A stretch of 63,989 bases of DNA, filler included, from Octopus bimaculoides (lineage: Eukaryota), in the NCBI RefSeq assembly GCF_001194135.2. It is 6 parts of 6 records of this genome, joined end to end, with 100 filler letters (N's around TTAATTAATTAA, not from the genome) between each part and the next. Parts side by side here need not be neighbours in the genome. Positions count along the whole stretch, not along the records: positions 25,003 to 45,668 come from NC_068987.1; 5 more parts are not named here. One strand, given 5' to 3'. Below, one piece after another: positions 26,696 to 38,617 of this stretch. Below the pieces are notes generated by a model. It did no database searches and was not told where the DNA came from. It saw nothing but the letters and a program-made list of their open reading frames with translations. Position numbers and translations under genes: made by a program. Positions within the stretch are counted from its first letter, which is position 1; each line of letters starts with the position of its first letter.

Positions 26696-27336
26696 CAGGC
26701 AGGCAAGCATGCAGGCAGGCAGGTAAGTTGGTAGTTAGAGAGACAGATGAATGGACAGACAGTGAGACAGACAGACAGACAGACAGACATAGATAGATAT
26801 TCAAAATTTACACCAAAAATAACATGGAAGGCAAATTAAAAACAAAATATAATTACTTAGTTTAACATTTACTGAAAGAATCTTTGACAGTAGAAAGTTA
26901 GAGACAAGAAGGAAGAAATATTCAGGAAGGAATGAAAAACATGGAGGTAACCAAACACACACATGGAAACATGTAGACACACAGATATATATGTGTGTCT
27001 AGAATATATATATATGCACTGTGAAGTGCTTCATGAAACCAAAATTTGGGCTTTGTGGTAGGTTTCCATACTTCACTCTTATATTCATTGCAGTAAGATG
27101 CGGGGCATCAAACCATGGGATTGGCTAATGTACAGGATATGAACCATGCAATAGTATTGATGAAATACAGAATCCATACATGACAACACTGGAGAATTCA
27201 CAAGATTTTACGATTCTTCAACAATTATGTAATTCTGGAAACACCTGTCTGTTTTATAAAGCATAAAACACCTATATACCCACCACACACATATCTATAT
27301 ACACACACACATATATATACATGCATACATATACAT

Positions 27337-27487
27337 AGGTGCAGGAGTGGCTGTGAGGTAAGAAGCTTGCTTCCCAACCACTTGGTTCCAGGTTCAGTCT
27401 CACTGCATGGCACCTTGGGCAAGTGACTTCTACTATAGCCTCAGGTTGATCAAAACCTTGTGAGTGGATTTGGTAGACAGAAACTGA
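27337..27487 (+). mobile_element. SINE family A, 5' half, followed by a local inverted duplicate
   Basis: Family head and core; inverted copy at 27492-27544. Confidence 0.85.
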
Positions 27488-27899
27488 TCGCCCTGAGGCT
27501 ATGGTAGAAGTCACTTGCCCAAGGTTCCCCGCAGTGAGACTGAAGTATTTGTGTAACATCTCTCTGTTTTTTTTCTCCTCGTTTTCATATACATTCACTG
27601 CTTTCTTCCAAGGAATCTAATACTTTAAGCTTATTTTATCCTTGGGGCTGACCAGATTGGAGCAATCTCGAGTATAACCAGCTGAAATTGCAAAGATAAT
27701 CTGGAACTCGACTGAGGAAAGAACACTCCGAATGACCTGTTTGTGTTTTCTTTGTATCGTCTGTCTGGATGTTTTGTTGTCCCTTTTTTGTATCACCTAA
27801 ATGTCTGGATGTTTTGCGTTCTTGTCCCATATGAAATATATATAATTATATATGGGCAAATTTTAGCCATTTCTTTGCAGACCGAAAACACAATAAACA

Positions 27900-27943
27900 A
27901 CCTTAATCAATTTTTGAACCTGATATGGGTTCTCATCAGAGGC
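27900..27943 (-). ncRNA. Decayed minimal hammerhead motif
   Basis: GCCT-CTGATGA-GAACC-catatca-GGTTC-[A]AA-AATTGATT-A|AGGT. G12 and the stem III palindrome (AATCGATT) each differ by one CpG-type transition. Confidence 0.45.
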
Positions 27944-28372
27944 GTCTACATCATTCTGACAGTCTCCAGAGAAGCAAGGAGCCAAACTGTTTATATATTC
28001 AACAAATGCAGCAGTTACTCTATGAAGGAGTCCCTAATTTGCATACCAAATGTGTTTAACACTCTATAAATACCAGCAGCCTGTCAACAGGGATCTTAGT
28101 CCACACAGTGTGTCTGTGTTTGTCCCCACCAACATCACTTGACAATCAATGTTGGTGTGTTTACGTCTCCATAACTTAACAGTTTGGCAAAAGAGACCAA
28201 TAGACTAAGTACTAGGCTTACAAAGAACAAGTTCTGGGATTGAGTTGTTCGACTAAAGATGGTGCTCTAGCATTGGTCACAGCCAAATCACTAAAACCAG
28301 TAAAAGAATATATATAAACAATTGCAGCGTGGAAGGTGTTTATAAAAACACACAAAAACTGTTAGATTCAAT

Positions 28373-28423
28373 TTGCCAAAATATTTTCGTCACTTTGAGA
28401 CCACAACCTGATCACTGACAAAA
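28373..28423 (-). ncRNA. Variant hammerhead motif with G3-C8 core (GUGAUCA)
   Basis: TTTGTCA-GTGATCA-G-GTTGT-ggtctcaaa-GTGAC-GAA-AATATT-T|TGGCAAA: 7-bp stem I and palindromic stem III. An inverted partial copy at 28441-28487 has an intact stem II GTCAC/GTGAC. Confidence 0.5.
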
Positions 28424-29326
28424 TGCCATGCTGCATCTCTAGTGATCAGGTCACGGACTCAAAGTGACGAAAATTTTTTGGCAAATTATGGTACCCTCCT
28501 CCTCCTCCTCTTTCTCCCCAGCCACGTTTTATCTCAATGCTTTTACTACTTTCACTCTCAACTTTCCACCATCTCAATGATTCTCTTCAGTCTTTCCTCT
28601 TCTCCTTCTTCATCTTCTTCTTCTTCTTCTTCTTCTTCTTATTCTTCTTCGTCTTCTTCTTCTTCTTCGTCTTTTTCTTATTCTTTTTCTTCTTCCTCTT
28701 CTTCTTCTTCTTCCTCTTCTTCTTCTTTTTCTTCTTCTTCTTCCTTTTCTTCTTTCACTTCTTGCACTTACCCGCTGCTCCACCCCTACCTCTTTCTCTC
28801 TCCACACCCTGGAATACTCCCTCCCTCCCNNNNNNNNNNNNNNNNNNNNNNNNNNNNNNNNNNNNNNNNNNNNNNNNNNNNNNNNNNNNNNNNNNNNNNN
28901 NNNNNNNNNNNNNNNNNNNNNNNNNNNNNNNNNNNNNNNNNNNNNNNNNNNNNNNNNNNNNNNNNNNNNNNNNNNNNNNNNNNNNNNNNNNNNNNNNNNN
29001 NNNNNNNNNNNNNNNNNNNNNNNNNNNNNNNNNNNNNNNNNNNNNNNNNNNNNNNNNNNNNNNNNNNNNNNNNNNNNNNNNNNNNNNNNNNNNNNNNNNN
29101 NNNNNNNNNNNNNNNNNNNNNNNNNNNNNNNNNNNNNNNNNNNNNNNNNNNNNNNNNNNNNNNNNNNNNNNNNNNNNNNNNNNNNNNNNNNNNNNNACAC
29201 ATACATACACTTGGATGCACATGCACGAACACACACATACACACACACACGCTAATATACATGCATGTATATGCACATATGTGCATATACATGCACACAC
29301 AGGCATACACACACATACATACACAT

Positions 29327-29560
29327 AAAGGCGGTCAGTTGGCAGAAACGTTAGTACGCCGGGCGAAATGCTTAGCGGTATTTCGTCTGCTGCTACGTTC
29401 TGAGTTCAAATTCCGTCGAAGTCGACTTTGCCTTTCATCCTTTCGGGGTCGATTAAATAAGTACCAGTTACGCACTGGGGTCGATATAATCGACTTAATC
29501 CGTTTGTCTGTCCTTGTTTGTCCCCTCTGTGTGTAGCCCCTTGTGGGTAGTAAAGAAATA
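29327..29560 (+). mobile_element. Well-preserved SINE family B copy with an alternative 3' tail
   Basis: Intact core; tail ...GTAGCCCCTTGTGGGTAGTAAAGAAATA differs from the 3597-3808 tail. Confidence 0.9.
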
Positions 29561-29699
29561 ACACATACATACACTTGGATGCACATGCACGAACACACAC
29601 ATACACACACACACGCTAATATACATGCATGTATATGCACATATGTGCATATACATGCACACACAGGCATACACACACATACAAGCACATATATACAAG

Positions 29700-30280
29700 T
29701 ACATGTGCATGTGCGCACACACACACCATTGCACACACATGCGTAAATGCACACATTTGGCACGCACAAATTAGAACACATACACATGCTCACACATACT
29801 CACATGCACACAAAGACGTACACACACACACACACACACACACATGCATGCAAACACGTACATACAAACATCCATGCTGACATACAGATACACACGAATG
29901 TACACACCTATTTGTATGTATGCATGTGTATCTGTGTGTGTGTATCTGTGTGTGCATGCATGTGTGTTTGTGTATCTGTGTGTGCGTGCATGTGTGCGTG
30001 CATGTGTGTGTGTATCTATGTGTGTATATCTGTGTGTGCGTGCATGTGTGTGTGTATCTATGTGTGTATATCTGTGTGTGCGTGCATGTGTGTGTGTATC
30101 TATGTGTGTATATCTGTGTGTGTGTGTATCTGTGTATGTATGTGTGTGTGTGTATCTGTGTGCATGCATGTGTGTATCTGTGTGTGTGTGTGTGCTTGTG
30201 CATGTCTGTTTGTGTGCGTGTGTGTGTGTGTATCTGTGTGTGTATCTGTGTGTATATCTGTGTGTGTGTGTGTGTGTATC
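29700..30280. repeat. Complex (CA/TG)-based minisatellite-like tract
   Basis: Repeated TGTGTATCTATGTGTGTATATCTGTGTGTGCGTGCA-type units. Confidence 0.9.
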
Positions 30281-30734
30281 CAGTGAGATATTCCAATAAT
30301 ATTAAAACTTGACTCCAATAATATTTATTCCACTTGCCAATCAAGTGAGAAAATATTACTTCCTAAAATTATTTTCTTCTCTCTCCAAATGTCATTTCTC
30401 CCCAGCTTACCATTCTTATATTCCATCTTAGATATTCCTTCACTACTTATTTCACTATTGTTTCTCATAAGAGCTCAGACAAACCATTCTTATTGCATCA
30501 GAATTGTTCCATTTTAAGCAATTCCTTTTCTCTTAACCAAACAATATCAATTTCTCTACTTACAAGATGCAGGTATAGTGGCTGTTTGGTTAAGAAGCTC
30601 ACTTTATGACCATGTGGTTTCAGGTTCATTCCCACTGCATGACACCTTGGGTGACATCCTTGCCCCAACTCTCTACAAGAATGGGTCCCACCATGCCACC
30701 ACCAACATTGATGCAAGCCTTCATCCCATCATGA

Positions 30735-31570
30735 AATGATTTAATTATAGATACAAACTGATCTGGACATCCAAGTTTGCCAAGTATTTTCCATAGCAAG
30801 GCCCAGTATCAAAGGCCTTGGTTAAATCAATGCATTCTTGGACAAGATCCATATTCTGCTCATAGCACTTCTCCTGCATCTGTCTTGCTATGAAAATCAT
30901 ATCCATTGTCTCTCTACCAGATCAGGAGCCACATTGAGATTCAGAGAGGAGATCATTTACAAGACACCCATTTAGGCAGGTAAGAATATTTGCCAGAACC
31001 TTGCCAGCAGCTGATAGTAGAGCAATACCTTTGTAGTTACCACACATTGTTCTGGCTCCTTTTCCTTTCTAGAGAGGAAGAATAATTGCATCCTTCCAGT
31101 CCTTAGGGATTGCACCATCCCTCCAGACTACACTAAGAAGTTCATGAAGGAACTGTATGATGTAATCACCACTAAATCACAAGACCTCAGCACAAATTCC
31201 ATCCCTTCCAGGTGCCCTTCCAAGATTCAATTTACTTATTAATGTCATCACTTCATCTATTGAGTGCGAAGAGTCTAAGGAGCCAATGATAGGTCTTTGT
31301 TGTATAGTATCAATCACTGTTTCATCCACAACTGACTCATAGTTTAGGAGTTCAGAGAAGTGTTCGATCCAGCGATCTGTGATTTCTGTTGATTTAATAA
31401 ATAGGATGGAAGACTCCTTTGAAAGCAAAGGAGCTGATGTGGAGCTCTTAGGTTCATAATCTTGTTTCATAAGATGGTAAAGCTTTTTGCTGTCATTTGC
31501 ATCAGCAGCAGTCTGAACATCATGAGCAAGATCCTCCCACCAAGTGTTCTGCATCTTCCTGAGAGATTGT
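30735..31570 (-). mobile_element. Degenerate RTE-clade (BovB-like) LINE ORF fragment, linker to reverse transcriptase
   Basis: RWIEHFSELLN, RAPGRDGICAEV, IPKDWKDAIILPL, CGNYKGIALLSAAGKVLA, ESQCG, MIFIARQMQEKC and DLTKAFD motifs with stops and frameshifts. Confidence 0.88.
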
Positions 31571-32370
31571 TGCAGTAGTGATTTTACACAGTAGGCATGT
31601 GCTAGATTTCGCTCTTAGCTTAGATTTTCTTTGGGGCTGGACAGATTGGAGCAGTCTCAAGTATAACAAGTCAAAACTGCAAAGATAATCTGGAACTCGA
31701 CTGACAAAAGAAAACTTATATATATACACATAAGATGGGCTTCTTTCAGTTTTCGTCTACTAAATCCACTCGCAAGGATGTGGTCACTTGAGGGAAGCTA
31801 TAATAGAAGTCACTTCCCCAAGGTACTGCACTATGGGGATGAACCTGGAACCATGTGGGTGGGAGGCAAAGCTCTTACCACACACCCACACCTGAGAGTC
31901 ACAACCGAAATTCTAAGAGCTTCACTTCAACATAACCAGCTTCTAGACTTCTAGACTTCCTGTATATTCAAAAATACTTCTCACTGATCGACATCAAATT
32001 TTAGTGGAACTAAAAACTAATTATACTGCAAAATGCATTCGTGTGTGTGTATGCTTACGTGTGCATATGTCTATAGTTGTGTTTGTGTATGTATGTGTGT
32101 GTATGACCAATGTGCTTTATGTATAATTTTCGATTATAAGTGGTAATTTTAGTTTCCAAAATATTGGTGTTATTCCCAACATGACAGAAATAAATTTGTT
32201 GTTTGTCATGCTTAATAATTTTCGAAGGTTATCCCTTATGAATAACATTTATTATTAACTATTATTATTGTTGTTGTTGTTATTGTTTTTATTATTAATT
32301 TAATTTATACATATATCTAAAATCTATCAAGCTATTTCCAATTCTCTCTCGCACCCCCTCTCTCTCTGTA

Positions 32371-32419
<49 letters not shown>

Positions 32420-32720
32420 NNNNNNNNNNTCTTCCATAAACAACCTTGTCCGGACTTGTGCCTGGGAGGGTAACTTTCTAGGTGCAATCCCATGGTCAGT
32501 CATGACCGAAGGGGGTCTCAGATATGTGTATAAACATATATATATATATAACCTTAAAACCTGTACATATAAACACATATACAATGTTGGTATGCATACA
32601 TATACATACAACATCCTAATATACATACATACATATATGATGCATGCAAACATNNNNNNNNNNTATATATATATATATATATATGTATATACACACTGCT
32701 TGCATACCTATATGTATATA

Positions 32721-33044
32721 GTGAAGGCGCATGGCTCAGTGGTTAGAGCGTCGAGTTTACAATCATGAGGTTGAGAGTTCGAATCCTGGACCAGGCTGTG
32801 TGCTGTGTTCTTGAGCAAGACACTTTATTTCACATTACTCCAGTTCACTCAGCTGTAGAAATGAGTTGTGACGTCACAGGTTCCAAACTGTATCAGCGCC
32901 TTTGCCTTTTCCTTGGATAACACTGGTGGTGTGGAGAGGGGAGGCCGGTATGCATGGGCGACTGCTGGTCTTCCATAAACAACCTTGTCCGGACTTGTGC
33001 CTGGGAGGGTAACTTTCTAGGTGCAATCCCATGGTCAGTCATGA
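32721..33044 (+). mobile_element. tRNA-derived SINE family C (GTGAAGGCGCATGGCTCAGTGGTTAG head)
   Basis: A box TGGCTCAGTGG, B box GAGTTCGAATCC, shared core GTGTTCTTGAGCAAGACACT. Confidence 0.88.
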
Positions 33045-33359
33045 NNNNNNNNNNGATATGTGTATAAACATATATATATATATAACCTTAAAACCTGTAC
33101 ATATAAACACATATACAATGTTGGTATGCATACATATACATACAACATCCTAATATACATACATACATATATGATGCATGCAAACATACTCCCTCCCAGC
33201 CTACAAACCAATATATGTACCCATTAACCAACCAGCCAACCTACCTTCTTATCTACCCTGCTAAGCAATCATAATTTACCCGAACCACTCTGTTATATGA
33301 CTTATAATCTTCAAGTGAAGTCTGTTTCTACTTCTGCTATAGAAACTACTGTAACTTTG

Positions 33360-33980
33360 TTTTATCTCATTACTTGTTCCAGTTGTTGAAGTGTGGCCAT
33401 GCTGGGGCACTGCCTTGAAGAATTTTTAGTCAAATGAGTCAGTTCCAGTCCTTTATTTTCTAAAGCCTGGTACTTTTTCTATAGGTCTGTTTTGGCAAAC
33501 CTCTAAGTTATCATCATCCATCATTTTAAATCCAGGTTTTGTCCCTGTAAACGGGGGTGGCCAGATCTACCTCACTGTCATAGCAACTGCCCTCGCACCA
33601 TCTTGCCCAGTTTTGGGCGTCCTCCCTTCTCAAGCCAGCCCTGCCAATCTCTTCCTCCACCTGTCCCCTTCTCGTTTTTCTCTGTCTACCCCGCTTTCGC
33701 TGTCCATTTACCTCAAGAAAGCCTCATGATAGCATAAGTTACAGGAACATAAAAACACCAACACCGATTATCAAGCAGTGGTAGAGGACAAATACACACA
33801 CACACACGAACACACAAATATATGTGATGGGCATCTTTCAGTTTCTGTCTTCCAAATCCACTCACAAGGTTTTGGTTAGCCCAAGGCTATAATAGAAGAC
33901 ACTTGCCCAAAGTACCATGCTGTAGGAATGAACCTGGAACTCTGTGATTGAGAAGCAAACTTCATACCACACAGCCATTC
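33360..33980 (-). mobile_element. SINE family A interrupted by an RTE insertion
   Basis: The two halves rejoin across the TAAGTTA TSD. Confidence 0.8.
33511..33734 (-). mobile_element. 5'-truncated RTE LINE 3' end inserted in a SINE, with 7-bp TSD
   Basis: EVNGQRKRGRQRKTRRGQVEEEIGRAGLRREDAQNWARW; (TGA)n tail; TAAGTTA at 33504-33510 and 33735-33741. Confidence 0.8.
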
Positions 33981-34377
33981 TTACCCCAGACCTCTATGCA
34001 TGACTATCTATATGATACTAGACACAATCAGCTGAGAAATCCATGGTTTCTTTCTTGTTACCAATAACAGAGTTTATTTGACTGTCTGGAAGTGTAAATT
34101 GGACCTAATTTAGTACACCAAACATTTTATGCAATCTCTTCATAGGAAATAAAAGAGGGACCGGCTGGAATGGTTCCAGTGTTTAGTAATATTCCATCAG
34201 CAGCTGACTGCTGAAGACATTGTATATAAGACAAGCAGTTGTTTAGACATTGTTTGGTTGATATCAACAGGTTTATTCTGTTGTAGTACACCATTCGTAG
34301 TATCGAAGCAAACATTGGCATCGTTACGTAATTTGTTTAATCAAACTAGCTGCCAAGCAACATGTTATATCTGCAAG

Positions 34378-34421
<44 letters not shown>

Positions 34422-34471
34422 GTTGTCATCATCATTGGTATCATTGTCGTCGTCGTCATCAGTATCACATT

Positions 34472-34693
34472 CATTATTTACATTATTTACATTTGACAGA
34501 TATTTGTCCTCATCTTGTTTGTTGTTAACACAACGTTTCAGCTGATATACCCTACAGCCTTCATCAGGTGTCTTGAAGAAATTTCGAACCTGGGTTCTCA
34601 TTGCCAAGGTGTTTTTCGATGTTATTATTGTTGTTGTTGTTGTCATTGTTCAGGTCACTGCTTGGAATCGAACTCGGAAACTTGGGGTTAGTA
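34472..34693 (-). mobile_element. 5'-truncated copy of the same tRNA-head plus hammerhead-tail element
   Basis: Same head (B box retained, A box lost), triplet spacer and tail in one orientation. Confidence 0.7.
34527..34572 (-). ncRNA. Minimal type I hammerhead ribozyme motif within a tRNA-headed short element
   Basis: Minus strand GACAC-CTGATGA-A-GGCTG-tagggtatat-CAGCT-GAA-ACGT-T|GTGTT: stem I GACAC/GTGTT, stem II GGCTG/CAGCT, palindromic loopless stem III ACGT, GUU cleavage triplet. Confidence 0.7.
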
Positions 34694-34765
34694 CATATAT
34701 ATATATACGTACATATGTATATGCGTTAGTACATATATATATATATGTACATATATATATGCATA

Positions 34766-35063
34766 TGAGGGTGCATGGCCTAGTGGTTTGAGTGTTAGAC
34801 TCATGATCACAAGATCATGGTTTCAATACCCAGACCAGGTGATGCACTGTGTTCTTGAGCAAAATACTTCATCTCATGCTGCTCTGCAATCACTTCAACA
34901 CCTGATGCATGGCACACTGTGCCCCTCTTCAGACAACATCAGTTTGATGGAGAGAAAGTGAGCTAATGTGCAGCACGAACATTTGATCATTTATAAACAA
35001 TTCATTTGTGCAGCTTCATTGGCAAAAGTTGAACACTCATTCATCGTCTTCGACGAGAGAGTC

Positions 35064-35064
<1 letters not shown>
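34766..35064 (+). mobile_element. SINE family C head with a fourth tail type
   Basis: Head and core match; tail is distinct. Confidence 0.72.
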
Positions 35065-35098
<34 letters not shown>

Positions 35099-36380
35099 AA
35101 TAGTAAATGAGTATATGCATATATACGTACAGGTATGTGCATACCGACATCCACCTGTATGTATAGGTGCATATCTGGTTACAGGACATTGCAAACAAAA
35201 CGTAGACGAGAAAACACACAAGCCACATAGAGAACATTCTTCTTCATCAGCTACCCCCGTTTTAACACCAATGTTTCGAAGAGCTGGGCAGGACGCATCG
35301 TTAAAACGGCTCTTCCCATGGACCGCAAATTAAATTTGTATACACAAATTAAATCTTGCCATGGAGGAATGTAGTGGCGGACAAAAAACAAGACAGGAAA
35401 ACAAACAGAAAAGGCTTTACGGCCAGACGAGAAAAATTATGTGTGTATGAACGCTGTGAGGCACGAACTTGAAAGGGACGAAGTAGTTCGCGTGTTTGCT
35501 CGGCAATAGCCAAGGAAGAAAAGGATTATTGACCGGAAGCATGTGACCATGCCAATGTAAGGGGAAGAGAGAGAGTTATAGAGGGAGAAACAAAGGGAGG
35601 AAGTAGAAGAATAGGTGAGCAACGAGAGGAAAAGAGAAAGAGAGGAAGTACGAGGGGGAAAAAAGAGATACGTAGTAGTAACAGAGGAAGAACGAGAGGG
35701 GTAAAGCGAGATACGTAGTAGTAAAGAGGAAGAACGAGAGGGGGAAAAAATGATAGAGGAAGAGAAAGAGATAGAGTAGCGTCGGAAAATATAAAGTTAC
35801 GAAAACTACTTACAAATTGGAGACACTGCATTCAGTCACGTAAAAACAAATAGTAAATGAGTATATGCATATATACGTACAGGTATGTTTCTGTCACACA
35901 AAGTAGGATAAGACAGAAACAACCATGGCTTGATACACCGTGAGTTTGGTTTGTAGTTTCAGGTTCTTGATTCCAAAGACATGCTGAAAGTTTTCCAAAA
36001 GCAACATAGCATGATATTATCAAGATCAGCAGAGAACAGTTTAAAGAATATCATAAAAAAATAAATAAAGATAAACATCTATGATGAAAGACCTACCAAC
36101 TTTAACCAAGGCCTTCACCGACCATCAGATATGACTTCTGTGGACAATTGTTCCATACAAAAAAAATCAGCCTTGCCAGCCATCACAAGCACCAACATAT
36201 AAATCAGGAAATACAAAAGAAGAAGGAAATACTCAGAAATGAAGAGGAGTCAATGATGATAAGACAAGTTCCTACTTCCTATTGTGATGAACTGTATAGA
36301 TTAAGCTATTTATATATTTATATTTATGTATTTATAATTATATATTTATATTTGTATTTAAATCTTTATATTATCTATTA

Positions 36381-36700
36381 TAGGCACAGAAGTGGCTGTG
36401 TGGTAAGTAGCTTGCTCACCAACCACATGGTTCCGGGTTCAGTCCCACTGCGTGGCACCTTGGGCAAGTGTCTTCTGCTATAGCCTTGGGCCGACTAAAG
36501 CCTTGTGAGTGGATTTGGTAGACGGAAACTGAAAGAAGCCCGTTGTATATATGTATATATATATGTATGTGTGTCTGTGTTTGTGCGTCTGTGTTTGTCC
36601 CCCCAACATCGCTTGACAACCAGTGCTGGTGTGTTTACGTCCCCGTAACTTAACGGTTCGGCAAAAGAGACCGATAGAATAAGTACTAGGCTTACAAAGA
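36381..36700 (+). mobile_element. tRNA-derived SINE family A (octopus-type), best-preserved copy, 3' end in a gap
   Basis: A/B boxes GTGGCTGTGTGG and GGTTCAGTCCC, CCTTGGGCAAGTGTCTT core, internal (AT/GT)n. At least 15 copies in the window. Confidence 0.9.
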
Positions 36701-37570
36701 NNNNNNNNNNNNNNNNNNNNNNNNNNNNNNNNNNNNNNNNNNNNNNNNNNNNNNNNNNNNNNNNNNNNNNNNNNNNNNNNNNNNNNNNNNNNNNNNNNNN
36801 NNNNNNNNNNNNNNNNNNNNNNNNNNNNNNNNNNNNNNNNNNNNNNNNNNNNNNNNNNNNNNNNNNNNNNNNNNNNNNNNNNNNNNNNNNNNNNNNNNNN
36901 NNNNNNNNNNNNNNNNNNNNNNNNNNNNNNNNNNNNNNNNNNNNNNNNNNNNNNNNNNNNNNNNNNNNNNNNNNNNNNNNNNNNNNNNNNNNNNNNNNNN
37001 NNNNNNNNNNNNNNNNNNNNNNNNNNNNNNNNNNNNNNNNNNNNNNNNNNNNNNNNNNNNNNNNNNNNNNNNNNNNNNNNNNNNNNNNNNNNNNNNNNNN
37101 NNNNNNNNNNNNNNNNNNNNNNNNNNNNNNNNNNNNNNNNNNNNNNNNNNNNNNNNNNNNNNNNNNNNNNNNNNNNNNNNNNNNNNNNNNNNNNNNNNNN
37201 NNNNNNNNNNNNNNNNNNNNNNNNNNNNNNNNNNNNNNNNNNNNNNNNNCTGGGTTCAATACTACAGCAGCATCTTGGGGAAATATCTTCTAGCAATAGC
37301 CATGTGAGTGAGACTGGAATGACAGAAACTATATAGATGCTCTTTCAATGGTCTGAACCAATTCCTGGCTGGCTGACAAAAATCTATTGTCCAGTTCCAT
37401 CCCACTGCTTTATTCTTGGGTACATTAAGTCCATTTTGTTGCAAACATTTCTAGAAAGATCTTTGGACTGAATATAAACTTTATCCCTTCCTCTCAAAGA
37501 CTCTGCAAAACAAAGTTAAAGGTGTTGTCCTTCTTCCCCTGGTTAAGCCATAAGGAATATTACTTGCATT

Positions 37571-37616
<46 letters not shown>

Positions 37617-38617
37617 CCACCACCACCACCACCACCACCACCATCATCACCACCACCATCACCATCATCACCACCATCATCATCATCATCATCATCATGC
37701 CCTACTGTTGAAAACCAGAATCAAGAGAGTATGTATTTGTATCAACAAAATACTCGTACACACATGTTTCTATGTATGTGTGTGTGTCTATAAGTATGAG
37801 TATGCATGTACGTCTGTGTATATGTATGCATGTATGTATGTATGCATGTGTGTTTGTGTATGTATGTATGTATGTATATATGAATGTATGTGTGAGTGTT
37901 TGTATCATTCATGTTAACATGGGAAAATGCATGTAAACAGGGAGAAAAAAAAAACAAAACTAAAAAATTCAGTTTTAAAAAGAAAAAAAAAAAAGAAAAA
38001 TCAATCTGACAGCTATTTTTGATAATATTTACTAAAACTGAAGCTATTTCTATCTCTTAAAATCTACTGAAATTATTTTGATTCTTGCATAGTTCAGAGA
38101 CCCTTGCAATGTCATGGCCCCTTTCCTTCTGACACTAAATCATAGCAAAAAGACAAAAAAAAAAAAAATCATTATAAATATATAAAAATATAAAGTTCTG
38201 TGGAACAAATTTTTAGACCTGTGTTGCTTTTGACAATCAATATTTGAGTATTGTATAAAATTACAAATATTTTGGAGGTCCTTCATCAGCGCAGCATTTA
38301 ATTACACCAAACTAAAGAATATCTGGAAATATTGCTACTTTTTCTAATAAAACGCAAACAAACGAACCAACAAACTTGTTGTTTGTTTAGAAATAGCAGC
38401 TGTCTTCCAGGAAATAATCAGGTATTAGTTACAGAATTAGCCATGAAAATAGCTGAAGTTATGTTGTTAGTTTCTTACAGAACAAGTAATCATTCATTCC
38501 ATAAAAGTCTGTTTACAAACAACTTCCTCCTACTTTAAAGTTATTTCCTCTGAATTATTATTAAACTTGTCTTTTTGACAACTTTTTTATATTTTCACCT
38601 GAACCATTTTCATGTTA

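Noticed and set aside
32430-33187. Exact duplication of a SINE tail plus flank (32430-32653 versus about 32969-33187)
   Set aside because: Bounded by 10-N spacers; most likely redundant contig placement or haplotype duplication.
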